A DNA stretch of 64,000 nt. Source: Euprymna scolopes. Its lineage: Eukaryota. Where the stretch lies: assembly GCA_053919585.1 (NCBI GenBank), contig CM132786.1. One strand, given 5' to 3'. Of this stretch, positions 36,030-48,517 are shown one piece after another. The notes under the pieces are model-generated. The model was not told the origin of the DNA, did no database searches, and worked only from the letters and a program-made list of their open reading frames with translations. A program made the translations under genes and the position numbers. The number at the start of each line of letters is the position of its first letter. Position 1 is the first letter of the stretch.

Positions 36030-36371
36030 GAGAGAGAATATATGATAAAAAGTTATATTCAAAAATTAATGATGATGACCATCTTATAATTTACTCATTA
36101 ATTCAGTTAGCTTATAAAATACTTGACAGTATCTGGTTCGTAGCGCAAAATCAATCACTTAATTATTATATCAATCAGTGAATCTAGTATGCCTTTAACT
36201 AATGAGGGCATAATAGATTCACTGATTGATATAATAAGTAAGTGCTTGATTTTGCGCTATGAAACAGATACTGTCAGGAATTGTTTAAGTCAACTGAATT
36301 AAAGGAATGAATTATAACTTGATCAACATCATTGATTTTGGAACCTAAACTTTTGCCATTTATTCTCTATA
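36030..36371. repeat. ~340-bp imperfect palindrome (foldback MITE-like)
   Basis: TTATTATATCAATCAGTGAATCTA-TATGCC | GGCATA-TAGATTCACTGATTGATATAATAA, with pairing extending via GCGCAAAATCAA/TTGATTTTGCGC and TGACAGTATCTG/CAGATACTGTCA to the ends. Centre ~36200. Confidence 0.9.
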
Positions 36372-36582
36372 TTGCTCGGTAATTAGAGTGAGCTTAGTAT
36401 ATAAGGATTGATACATAATAAGAAAATATATTTCAACATTTATATATATATATATATATATGTGTGTGTTTGTTTTATGTACGTCAAATCATTTATGAAT
36501 TTGCGATAATTTATGCTTATTTCACAAGTATGCTGTAATCGCATTTATGCTTTTATTTTCTAAGTGTGTGTATATATATATA

Positions 36583-36621
<39 letters not shown>

Positions 36622-37059
36622 CATTATAGAAAAATACATTTTTGTATGTATAAGTTACTTTTCGAGTGACTAAAGAAGGGTTCTGCCGACTTTTAAGAAA
36701 GAATCAACACGAAAGTATTTGATGTGTATGGGAATGTATGGGCATTGGGTGTATGAGTATCAACAATCAGTAATTGAAAAAAAGTAGATGAAAGAATGGA
36801 AATAAATTTAACACTTTTAATTAAGAAGTGTTTTCACCGCACAAACAGAAATGTTCAACTAACATAATCAAGTGTAGATTATTGTATCTTCGAGAATTAT
36901 GTTTATCATTGGAGCACAATTTAAATACTGATTTTACATTTGATTTTAATTTCAGTTATTATGGAAAATAAAATAAAAATCATGAAAACAAACAATCGTT
37001 TATTTGATAAGATATTTCGAATTAATATCCTTTTAATTACATTTCCACGCCAAACAAGG

Positions 37060-38095
37060 CACATTGCCACTTTGATGTTAGGGGACTACTACCAGGGACT
37101 AAAGCATGAGGGGCACTGTGTAGGGAGTTGGGCAGCAAGATGTCGGTGCACGTTACACTCGAACTTCTGCATATCAGTACAGTTGGGGAAGCAGCAACCT
37201 GGAAGGGAATTCTAAATCTAGCGGTCTGGGGAAGAAACTACTTACATATAGGGATATCCAATGTGAACGGGTGGGATTAAGCATCTTGTCGGGTTTGTCA
37301 GGAGTATTAAAGTCGAGGGGACAGATGCTTGCAGTTCGTCAGAACATTCACCGTTAAAGTACTTGTAGAACAGGCAGAGGGGTGCACCATTTCGTTGATG
37401 GGACAGAGGATGAGACATAGATGACAGTTCAGAACCTATTAGTTTGGCGACTCTCTTTTGAACCTTGTCTAGGAGCGAAATACTAGTGGCAGATGCGCCA
37501 ACCCAAATATGACAACAATACTTCATAAATGGGCGAATGGGGGCCTTATACAGGTACTGTAGCACTGTAGAGAGAACCTACATTCTTCACAGCGCTCCTG
37601 GCAATACTCTCAATGTAATTGTTCCAGCTCATGTCTCATGGGAACGTTAGGCCGAGGAGATTAAAATATGCACTTTCAGATAAAGAGTCATTGACCATTG
37701 TTATTGGTGGTAGAGAAGGTTTCTTGTAATTATTGTAGGAAACAAGTTTAGTCTTGGCAGTATTGAATGTGACCATCCATTTTTTGTCCCCATTCCACTA
37801 TAGATCGGAGGTCATCCTCTAGTGTTTCTGTCATTTCTTTAGATATGTTTTCATTTGTATTCCTGTCGTGTCTGCTACAGAGCGTGGTGTCGTCAGCACA
37901 TACACTCATCTCACAGACAATTTTGTCAGGGAGGTCATTATTGAATATTAAGAATAATAGAGGTCCAAGGATAGACCCCTGAGACACTCCCGCATTAATA
38001 TCATATTGTTTCCATGTACGACCGTCGAGGACAACCAGGCTTTTTTTTTCATTTTCTAAGAAGGATTTAAGTATGTTATGTCTTCTCCCAGTGAA
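37060..38095 (-). mobile_element. CR1-group LINE RT/3' fragment, copy 2
   Basis: SQGSILGPLLFLIFNNDLPD...CADDTTL (RT core) and LYKAPIRPFMKYCCHIWVGA...LLDKVQKR...PLSHQRNGAPLCLFYKY. Confidence 0.9.
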
Positions 38096-39409
38096 TATTT
38101 CATTAAAGAGTACAACTTGACTATGATACGTAACTTTTGCATGTTACATTTAAATTAAAAAAAAAACATTATTAATATGTGATAGCTGAAAATTGTCTAT
38201 ATTTCAATATGTTGAACAATGTATGGTTGAATAGATTTCTAACGGGATTCATGTGTTGCTTCTTTTCGTTACACTACGGGAAGAAGATACGTAAAGAAGG
38301 ACATCAATTAATTTGATTAAACATTAAGCGAAGTTATATTTTCAAATGAAAATAAAAATATGGGAAGGTATAACACATGTTTCTTCAGATTCCGTCACTT
38401 ACAACGCTTGATGTTTCTGCTAGTATTCATGTATATTCAATACTACGGCATTATAACAGCAGCTATGGCCAGACCACTTTGGTAGTTCATCAATTTCTAA
38501 CCCCTGCTATATTTTTAGAGCCCGGAGGGAAATAGAGCCTGTATATTATGTAAAATATCGTACAAAAGAACTTGGTGAGTATGCACCCTCTGTACCTGTA
38601 ATAGCATGCTCCTACAAAATAGAAAGTTATGATATAAAGCTTAGGGGATCCTAATAATTCTGCTCATAGGATTGCACCAGTGACTGAGATAAGCAATGCT
38701 TCAAAAAAGGTGAAGAGAGTTATATAATCTGTGTAAATTACGTATTATTTAATATTCAATGAAACTAACATGCTAAATTCGAAGGAATACTTTGTGTTAA
38801 AGAAGGAATTTAACAATCTAAAGAAAGAATACAGGTTACATTCTCTTAAAAAAGACAAAACTTAACTAATCGTAGAGTAAGCACCTACATAATCCGACTT
38901 CTATTTCTTGCTAATTACAAAAGAGAATTCGATTATATAAAAAATGAGAAAAAAACACCCTAAAATAGAATTGTTGAATAGAAATGTACTTAGCTCCAAC
39001 GTCTGTAATTATGAAAGAATTTAAATATAGAAATATGAAAAGAGAATAACTTCACTAAAACGTTGGAAATTTTATAACAGAGATCGTCAGATGCATACTA
39101 CGTAGTGGTTTCGGAGATGTAAGAAAATGGACAAGTGGTTTACATGGTTACAAGTGGATAAAATAGTGAGAGATAGATAAAGGTAAATAGATAAATGAAT
39201 AAAATGTGCACATGAGATGTTTAATATACATAACAGCAGCCTAAAACAGTACTGTTGTAATATCATGTAATTTTAAGAAAAATTGTTAAAAGTTGAAGCT
39301 AAAATCACGGAGTCTAATCATTTGGATTCAAATGTGAAATAAAAGATTATAACTTCATAAGGGCATAAAAAATTCGCTTACAGCATGGCGTTGATACACA
39401 CAGCTACAC

Positions 39410-39478
39410 ATCCAGACACCCCCCACACCCACACCCACATAAATACCCCACATATACCCCCACACACATATATATATG

Positions 39479-39536
<58 letters not shown>

Positions 39537-39612
39537 TAGAGAGAGAGAGATAGAGAGAGAGAGCAAGGTGCATACACACATATACTAACGCACAAACATA
39601 CGCACATATTTG

Positions 39613-39648
<36 letters not shown>

Positions 39649-39694
39649 CTGTAAGTTATATATATATATGTAACATGTATATATGTATATATGC

Positions 39695-39731
<37 letters not shown>

Positions 39732-39819
39732 AGTATACATACATATATAATAAATGTAAACAAAAATATTCATTCAAAGATATGCTGCCTGCCATACTCT
39801 TGTAATTCAGGTGTAATAG

Positions 39820-39860
<41 letters not shown>
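39410..39860. repeat. Compound (TA)n/(GA)n/(GT)n microsatellite cluster
   Basis: Directly visible; source of several spurious ORFs. Confidence 0.95.
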
Positions 39861-40061
39861 AGTTTTGCATGTTATTCCATGTATACATCTTGCAAACTAT
39901 TTAGAACATTAATGGCTAGAAGAAGGTGTTCTTCTTATGTCTTAAATTTTATTAAACATTGATTTACGGGACTAATAAGAAGTTCTCATGATATATTAAT
40001 ATAAATATATGAAGAATCAAGGAAAAACTTTTAATTCAACTTACGAACCATATCATCTTAA

Positions 40062-40142
<81 letters not shown>

Positions 40143-40349
40143 GTATTCGAACGCTGGCAAATACAGTCTTTGTAGAGACTTATTTGTACATATTATTTTC
40201 TAAAGTGTTAGTAGCTTCAGAGTCTTTACATTTAACCGGTTATGTATTTTCTGGCCAGTCAATGATAGCAAATCTATATGTAATTGGTGGCCGGTCAAGC
40301 TTTGGAGGGAAATTATTTTATTTTTATTTGTAACCTGTGTTTCTGAGGA

Positions 40350-41740
40350 TGTCTTGCACACGGCGTACATAACCTTTGCAAATCTACTCCTTCATCTTGG
40401 AAATTTGTATGTTACTATTTTCGTCAAGGCAAATGTACTTATACGACTCGCGCTCATCTAGATTCTTGTTATCGCTGTCTTCATTTTGCAGGATTGTGCC
40501 TGCGTGTATCATCTTCCCAGCTATTAGTGTACTATTGGCAGATTTATCCAAGCCAAACTTTATTCGGATTCCATTGGAAAAGGCGTTTACTACCTCTGGA
40601 ACTGGTTCGGATCGGTGTCAGTTTAAGATCATCCATGAAGAACAGATGGTGTTCACTCTTGCGTGTATCTCGATGGTGTATCTGGCTAAAATTGTAGGTG
40701 CTCGGATTTTTATTCAGATTGCTTAGTGGGCCATTGCCACAGAAAGCGTAAAAGAGATAAGCTGTTCACCTTGGGATGTTTCCCTCTTGATCTTTTCTCC
40801 ATGGATGATCGTCTTTCCTCCATTGTGACTTAATTATATGGTGGTTTCCCACATCCAAAAGTGAAGTGCCAGTAATTGTTTAATTACCTGATAGATGATG
40901 TATAACTCAAGGAACTGAAGAAAACGTAAGTGTTGTACTATGTCAAATGCCTTCTGGTAATTGATCCATAATATGTTAGGTGTTTTGCCTCTTTTCCTAC
41001 AGGTGTTTGTTATTAATAGCTAGTCTTTGGTACCGGAATTTTTTCTCCAGCATTATGCTTTTTTAAGGTAGGTCCCAGAAGACTAGTGACCATATGTATG
41101 GTCCGCTATAAGACGAGTTAAAAATAGTAGGTGGTTGTTAGACAGCATATTACCCCGTATTTATTTGGGTATTGTGTCTCCTTAGTGTAAGGTATGAGAC
41201 TGGTATCCCTCTTAGTTAGCCAGAGTAGTGTTGCTTCTTTTACCTCTCATACCCCTCCTGAAGCAATCACTGTAGTGGCAATTGAGTGTAGTCAATTATT
41301 TCAGCCACAATTTTGAGGCATTGTCAATACCAAGTGTTTGTTGTTGGGGAATTTTGCCAGTTTTCTTATTACTGTACCAGGAGTTATAATTAGTTATGTC
41401 ATCTCGGGCTTATGTTTCGTAGAGTCTTATAATGTATTCAATCCACTTGACCTCTTAGTTTTATTTGCCTTCTGTTTCAAATAGAGGACTCCATTATTTT
41501 ATCGGTCTTTCTTTTCAGATGTCGTATCTACAGTAATTAATTCCCTTAAAAGCTGCATGTGAAAAGTCGTTTGATTGTTTTTAAACTGCCTGTTTTGAAT
41601 TTTGGAGTTGACATTGTTCTCCTGATTATGAACTCTCTGGGTAAGTGCTGGTATTTCCCCTCCAACTCACTAGCTGTATTATGTAACCCCCTAATGTTCT
41701 AATGGTGGTATTTGGTACAAATTATTTCTAATGGCGGCCT
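40350..41740 (-). mobile_element. Decayed R4/Dong-like non-LTR retrotransposon RT fragment
   Basis: Minus fragments GIDN..N.WLK, Y.VICCLTTTY, GTKD*LLI, WINYQKAFDIV, IKRETSQGEQL (cf. YRPITCL, GTKDQLLI, WIDYxKAFDSV, IKRGIFQGDSL). Boundaries are approximate. Confidence 0.7.
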
Positions 41741-41848
41741 TAAGTCAAACCTGTATCGAGGGATCTGCAATGTGGTCTGTCATTTTTGGTGACCCATAAA
41801 ACAAATGTTCGTGGAATAAACAAAGAAAAATGACGAGGATATGGAATC

Positions 41849-41900
<52 letters not shown>

Positions 41901-44251
41901 ATGTGTCTGTGTGTGTGTCTGTGCCTGTGTATCCGTGCATTTGTTTGTGTGTATGTGTGTGTTTGTAAATGTATGTGTATATGTATGTATTTGTAGACGN
42001 NNNNNNNNNNNNNNNNNNNNNNNNNNNNNNNNNNNNNNNNNNNNNNNNNNNNNNNNNNNNNNNNNNNNNNNNNNNNNNNNNNNNNNNNNNNNNNNNNNNN
42101 NNNNNNNNNNNNNNNNNNNNNNNNNNNNNNNNNNNNNNNNNNNNNNNNNNNNNNNNNNNNNNNNNNNNNNNNNCTTTCGACTATGTGTTAACTTCTACTA
42201 AATTAAATTTATGTGTGCAATATTAAAATTAATATATAGTTGATTCCGTTACGTTTTAATAGTGTGAGGTTTTACTCCAAATATTGTTTTCAATAGTATT
42301 TAGCGAGATTTATTTAGAATAGTGTAATGTTTCTAGCTTTGTGTATTTATTGTTTTATAAACTGGTTTCCTAACTTTCATTGTTGTTATTGTTTCATTAT
42401 ATTTCGTCTTACTCATCTGGCGGCTACCCTCAGGTGATTAACCATAACGGGATACAGAACGCTGGATATTGCATCTGTATTCCCAGTAATTATGACCTGC
42501 AATATTTGTTTTTTTTACGACGTTTTTACCAAATATAGAAGAAATAACTGAGGATACATTACAAAACTCAGCATTTTTATCCTGTCGTAATTAATTACAT
42601 GGGGGGTGCCAGAGAATTAATTGTCTTGAATGTTGTAAAAACGACAATGAAGATGAGGATAACAGTCTAAAGAAAATAATGCATAAATTATGAAGTTTGA
42701 TTCAAACAGTTTTCAAAACACAATAAAAATAATATAACATTCTCTTTTTCTCAAACGTAAAAAAATACATACTGTTCACTAAAATATTGTTCCAAGATTT
42801 TTACAAATGTAAAGTATCTTCTTTTTCACTTAAAATCTTAACAGGAAGGAAATCATAAAAAAACAGCTTGAGAATAATTTTCATAGTTTATGCTTGGGAA
42901 TAGTCGATGACTATTTACTAGCAAGGAATGATGTTCGTGCATGGCGGTTTCAAATGTAAAGAACTTTATTTAAAACTGAAAACCAAAAAGCTACGTAACC
43001 AAGATTTATAGAATGATAATGTTCGTTCTTAAGTACCCAGCACTTTATTTCTCTACATATCTACAATCATACTCAATAGACTTTTTTCAAGAATAAAATG
43101 ATCGATCATCTTTCGACGTATGCTCATGACAGAGATTACTTTCTAAATGACTCACATGTGATTATTTGAGTGCAATGAAAGATCTTTCCTACCATATATC
43201 TCATTATAATCATGCAATTTCCACTTCGATTTCGTTTCATTTAATGCATAATAGGTTATATTGAATGTCGTATATTATGCGTATTGTTTATTTTCGCCGT
43301 GTTTTTCACAGCGTTCCGTTGATATCGTGTGGCATATACCTGATTTCAATTACTACGTATAAATGTAGAGTTATCTACTGAGCACAGTACTGTTCTTTAA
43401 ATATATTATTAAAAGCTAGTGCTTGTAATGTAGTTTATGCTATATATAATCGAGATAGAAGATACCTTAATAATCATTCTTGATACATTGCACACATTAA
43501 TGTACATTGTTTTATAGAAATATCTAATATTTGATAGTGTGAATGCACAACAGTTGAGGCATACTAAGAGTGTGTACACGATACAGACCGTCTGTAAATT
43601 AGACATATTGATTGCACAGACGATATCATTAAGTTTCATTCACTAGCGTTTTCTGAATAAAAAAAACAATTGTGATATTTATATTCCAATTAAATGTCAA
43701 TTGTATTTTAATTACATTTAGAAGTGTCAAAGTCGGCGACAAATTGTAAAGTAAAACATAAAATAATAAAGTTTATTCGATACACTAATGACAATTCCGA
43801 AATGTGTAAAAAATATAATTCACTTAATACTTCTACGTACTGACTTTACAAAATCAGCGACACATATCTCGTAGTTACGACTCTCTGATGGCAATGCTCA
43901 TAAGAAATGTGCAATCGAATTGAGGAATAACACAATTACAAAAAAAAACTTACAAAACACAATCTTTACTTCAGTGTAAGAGATGTATGAGCATGGTGCC
44001 CATTATATAGTCTTTATATAATAATGGGTAATGTATTTGTATGGATTTTCTATCTTAGAAGTTGTCTTTTACGGAATTGGATTGTAAAATTAGTGTCATT
44101 TAGTATTTCGCACAATATTGGTTGCATTGCATGAGAACAATTTACAACTGCAAGTAAAAAGCAATACAACTAAAGTGATGCACATGCATATATATTATGT
44201 TTTAATAAACATCACCTCTGGCTTAAGTAAATTTAATCAAATAATCAACTA

Positions 44252-44268
44252 AATATTATTATTATTAG

Positions 44269-44317
<49 letters not shown>

Positions 44318-44318
44318 T
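44252..44318. repeat. (TAA)n microsatellite
   Basis: Directly visible. Confidence 0.95.
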
Positions 44319-44859
44319 TTACTCACATCATGAAAGATTGATCTTCAAGAACAACGTGGAGATCCCTGGAGTCCTACTGGCAACAAGTTCCCCCATATTC
44401 CAGTACTCTCCACCTCTTTCGATAACATTCGCAAATGAATTTGCCTTATCGCAACATCCGTTCGCCCTTGATTTCTTTTATTGCAGTCTCGAATCGCGTT
44501 GTAATTATGCTTTCCTGCTAACTTGGTGCGTTTTTTATTTTACTCACGCTTCTACGATCGAACTGACACTCCTGACGTTCATCTCGCGTAGACAACCCAC
44601 CGTTCTCGATATTTGAAAATATATTCGCTGAGAGACAACTTGCAGATCTTTACTACTGACTTTTATTCTCCAACTTTACAACATGACATGAAAGAACTAG
44701 AAGAACAAAAGAAACACACAAAATACTGAGGATGGAGTTCATACAAGCCGCCACTAATCAAGAGACAAATACAGACTTTACCCCCCCCCAAGAAATCAAA
44801 ACCGGTGTACTCAAACGGAACTTACTACATTTTTAAACAGTAATCCCACCAAAAACCGC

Positions 44860-47340
44860 CTGGCACAATTCACAGACCAGGCATAATATTCAAGGGCACT
44901 GCAATATTCCAGATATCAAAATCTTGCAAATATGGTTTCTCGGATTTAAAACAACAAACAAAAACTTGACAAACTGAGAAATCTGTAAGCAAGTTTAAAT
45001 GGCAAATTACCAAAACAAGAAGACCACGGAACCCCTATGACTTGTACATTGTCACTTGTACGGTTTCCGTAAATCTATGGGCAGAGAAACTTCGAGTAAC
45101 CAGTAGGCAATTTTTGCGGTTTAATTATCGTTCTATTTTTAAAACACAAATAAGAGGCATTGCTAGAAATCCAAATATGTTGTGGCCCTCTATGATGGAG
45201 TAAAATATATTCGCTCTTACAATTGTATAAAATTCACTAATAAATATTTTGAACTTTTATTAATAAACCATCGCATCAAACATGTAGCATTTGCTTATAA
45301 TTCAGTTCATAAAAACGACACTGCTGAAAGATCATGGTGGAAAGTTTTGAAAAAGCAAGATTTATTCTCATTGAATCGAAACACACCCAAACTTTCTGGG
45401 TGTATGCACTTGGGAAAAAATTACCAGAATGCATGTATTTGTTTCCATTATATCGCATTTATAGATAGTCAAAAAAAATTAAATATGAAAACCAGACGCA
45501 TTATATTCCGTGAGTACGATTAAAAAGCCCAGCCTACTTAGTATTTTACAGAGAAATAGAAAATAAAAGGAAACCCATGTGTAAAATTTAAGAACACCTT
45601 TAATTTAAAGAGTATTATCCAGCATATAAAAAGGATGGATTAATAGATAATCATATTAATCACATGAAGTTGCTATTTAAGAGAACAATAGTATTGATAA
45701 TATTGGCAGCGATTTTGCTGAGGTTAAATCCAAAATTCATCAGAACCTTACACTAAACTCAGAAGACGACCCGATGTTTTGTGGTCAAAGATTTTGGAGA
45801 TAAGTGCTAATCGACGCATAATTCTTCAAAAAAAGCTTGAACTAAACAATTAATTCAGAACTTTGTAAGCAATGGAAAATAGCAATAAAAAAGTAAATGG
45901 GTGTTTTAATAGTAAATAACATTCATACAGTGGTGCCCCTTTCAAATAATAGACATACAATTTTCTAAGGGCGGTGATTTACGAAAATACTAAAGCGTCA
46001 GGTGTTGAACAATACAAGGCTAGGTTTGTTGTGAAATGGATACTGTCAGATAGAATATTTACTTAGGTTTCGACTGACTACAAAACAAAAGACAATCAAA
46101 CTTTTATTGCAAACTGTTTCGCATTATAATCTTAATATTAATTAAAATTTTAATATTATAATCTTAATATTAATTATTATCTTAATATTAATTAAAATGA
46201 CGTAAAAGAATATTATAATCCCACAAAAGACTGTGAAATTTCGATTACCTTTCCCGACAGATGTATAAAAAAATAAAGTTTCGTGTGGTGATATCATTGG
46301 ACTGTCTAACACATATTCGTAGACGCTGGGATGAAGTATCTCATGATTATATGATTGAACAACAATTAAAAGAATGCCCATGGAATCCTTGTTTGTATAC
46401 CTTAAACAAGGAAAAAACGTGATTGCTTTTAGATTTGTAGGTTTTTAGGATTGCCATCACAGTAAATTGTTGCATAATATAAATCGATGTTAAAAACAGA
46501 TAAAAAAGTCATCCAAAATGATCGATCTTGACAAGATATAATTTCTTGGCATACACTTTACTCATGAAGAAAGAGTTATTAAAATGAATGAATTAAAATA
46601 CATTGAGAAACTCCTATTTAATTTTCAAATGCAAGAATGCAGAAAACTCTGTACACCGGTAAAAAATGATATACATTAAAATACAATCATGAAATCAAGA
46701 AAAATCGAGAAAAGATTAAATGAGTGTTACGAGGCCGAAATATGTTACGCAGTAACCACACTATCAGAAAAAAGTATAAGACTGGCAAGGAAGATTTATA
46801 ACAAACCATCCCTAGTCCTATGGAAAGTAAAAGGAGCATAGAATTAACATTTAGCATTTCGAAAATAAATAAGCCACCTTTAATTTAAACGAATTTTCAG
46901 ATAATTATTGGGGAAACAATAACAATCGAAAAAGATACCTGGATATTGGTTCAGACTATAAACAATTTGGCCTAGTATTTCATGGGAATCTTCAAAACAG
47001 GAGAAGGTACCTCCTTTAACGTTTGAGGCAGAACATATTGTAGTAACACATACTGCACAAAAAGAAATACACATTATAGCTATTTTAAAGATTGTTATAG
47101 AACAAGAATTAACTAAATCTCCCGTAGTAAATTATTGTGATAATCAAGCTAGCACATTCTTATCGCAGAGCACATTAATTCACTACGGATTTTAGTATAT
47201 AGATAGAAAACATAATTTCATAATAAATGAAGTAAAAGGGAAACCCACTATTGTGAATTACATAGAATCAGAAATATCTCCGCGATATATTTACAGAACC
47301 GGCAACAAATATAAAATGGAATGCTTTGCTTCTGAACCTG
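44860..47340 (+). mobile_element. Decayed Ty1/copia pol (integrase - RT - RNase H order)
   Basis: TEP..LVHC.L.G (~45025), KNDTAERSW (QNGxAER), KKL..K...IFREYD..PAYL, EQYKARFVVK (~46010), MIDL...FLGI, KYIEKLLFNFQMQEC..LCTP, TRP.ICYAV, SISWESSKQ..EAEHI, YCDNQA, DIFTEP. Confidence 0.88.
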
Positions 47341-47691
47341 TAAGATTTGACTTTGAATAGCCCTTCACGAGTCGAGATATATATTAAGAGCCAGACGTTA
47401 AACTGCATAAATGCTGTTTGCTTTAATATACGTAACATACTAATGCGTAACAAATGTATACCTTTTAAATAAAAAAATGTTCTTAAAGATATTTGGTTTT
47501 GTATTTTGTAAGTAATACTTTGTGCATGCTTAATTTAAACAGAGCCTTAATAAAATTGCTATTTTTACTTCTATTTTTTGCACAATGCACTCTCTAATTT
47601 TCCGAAAATTTTCTGTGTTCTCCTTCAGTTTTGTTTAATGTAATTTGCATACTACATACATGAAATAAAATAAATTATATATATATATATT

Positions 47692-47760
<69 letters not shown>

Positions 47761-47762
<2 letters not shown>

Positions 47763-48463
47763 GGGGTTGAAAGGTTTGGCTTATGTCCAGGTAACCTACA
47801 TCTAAAATTTTAAGTGTTTAGACCCAAACTTGGCAGAAGAGTTTGTTAGTGTATTAAATGGTGAGCTCTTTCAACTTCGATATATTGTTTCGCTTACAAT
47901 CTGATTAAAAACTTGCTGCGTGTCTAAATCCCCTTTATGTAAAATTTCAATGTTTAGACGCAAAATTACCTAAAGATTCTGCTCGACACTGCAAAGCCCA
48001 AAACGTTTGTATTTTGACCCATTGGCAACTGCATTTTCATCGTAAAAAAAAGAACGATTCAAAATCTTGCTCTATGTGTTATTACACTTTGTATGAAAGT
48101 TCACACGTTTGAACCAAAAATTGGTTAGGGTTTAAATTAAAAAAATGGCCCACAATTTGAACCCTTCACATTTATTGTTTTAGAAGCAAATCAAATTTTA
48201 ATTTTGATCGATGGCCATGTAACCTACGTCTCAAAAATCAAGTCATTAGACGCAGAATTGGCGACCGAGATTGATAGAGTTTTTAAAGGCAAATTCATTT
48301 GATTTTGAGCCTTGACAGCCATATTTATGGCCGAAAACCAATTAAAAAGATGTTCCCAAATCTCAGTATTCATTTGTCAAATTTCGTGATTGGAGACTAG
48401 AAAATCTACAGAGTAATTGTGTAGCGAAATATAAACAAATTGACAGACACACATATAATTGCA

Positions 48464-48470
<7 letters not shown>
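47761..48470 (-). mobile_element. Non-autonomous Helitron/DINE-like repeat with ~140-bp internal subrepeats (tentative)
   Basis: Sits between two (TA)n tracts. AAA(T)TTCAA..GTTTAGACGCAAA-like motif at ~47805, 47941, 48097, 48234. The right end resembles the end of the Helitron at ~8000-8045 (ACAAA..GACAGACA..TTATATAT). Confidence 0.4.

Positions 48471-48517
<47 letters not shown>

Noticed and set aside
39355-40203. Overlapping ORFs rich in YI/CV/TH/LS
   Set aside because: Translations of dinucleotide microsatellites; the same applies to similar ORFs at 4876, 7971, 9947, 16390, 33145, 41740 and 55920.
40340-40372. Hammerhead at CTGAGGA
   Set aside because: No GAAA box or cleavage triplet at the right spacing.
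42400-42486. Hammerhead on minus strand (CTGAGGG...GACGAAA) next to a GGGATACAGA/TCTGTATTCCC hairpin
   Set aside because: Core mismatch and no coherent stem I/II; the hairpin alone is not diagnostic.
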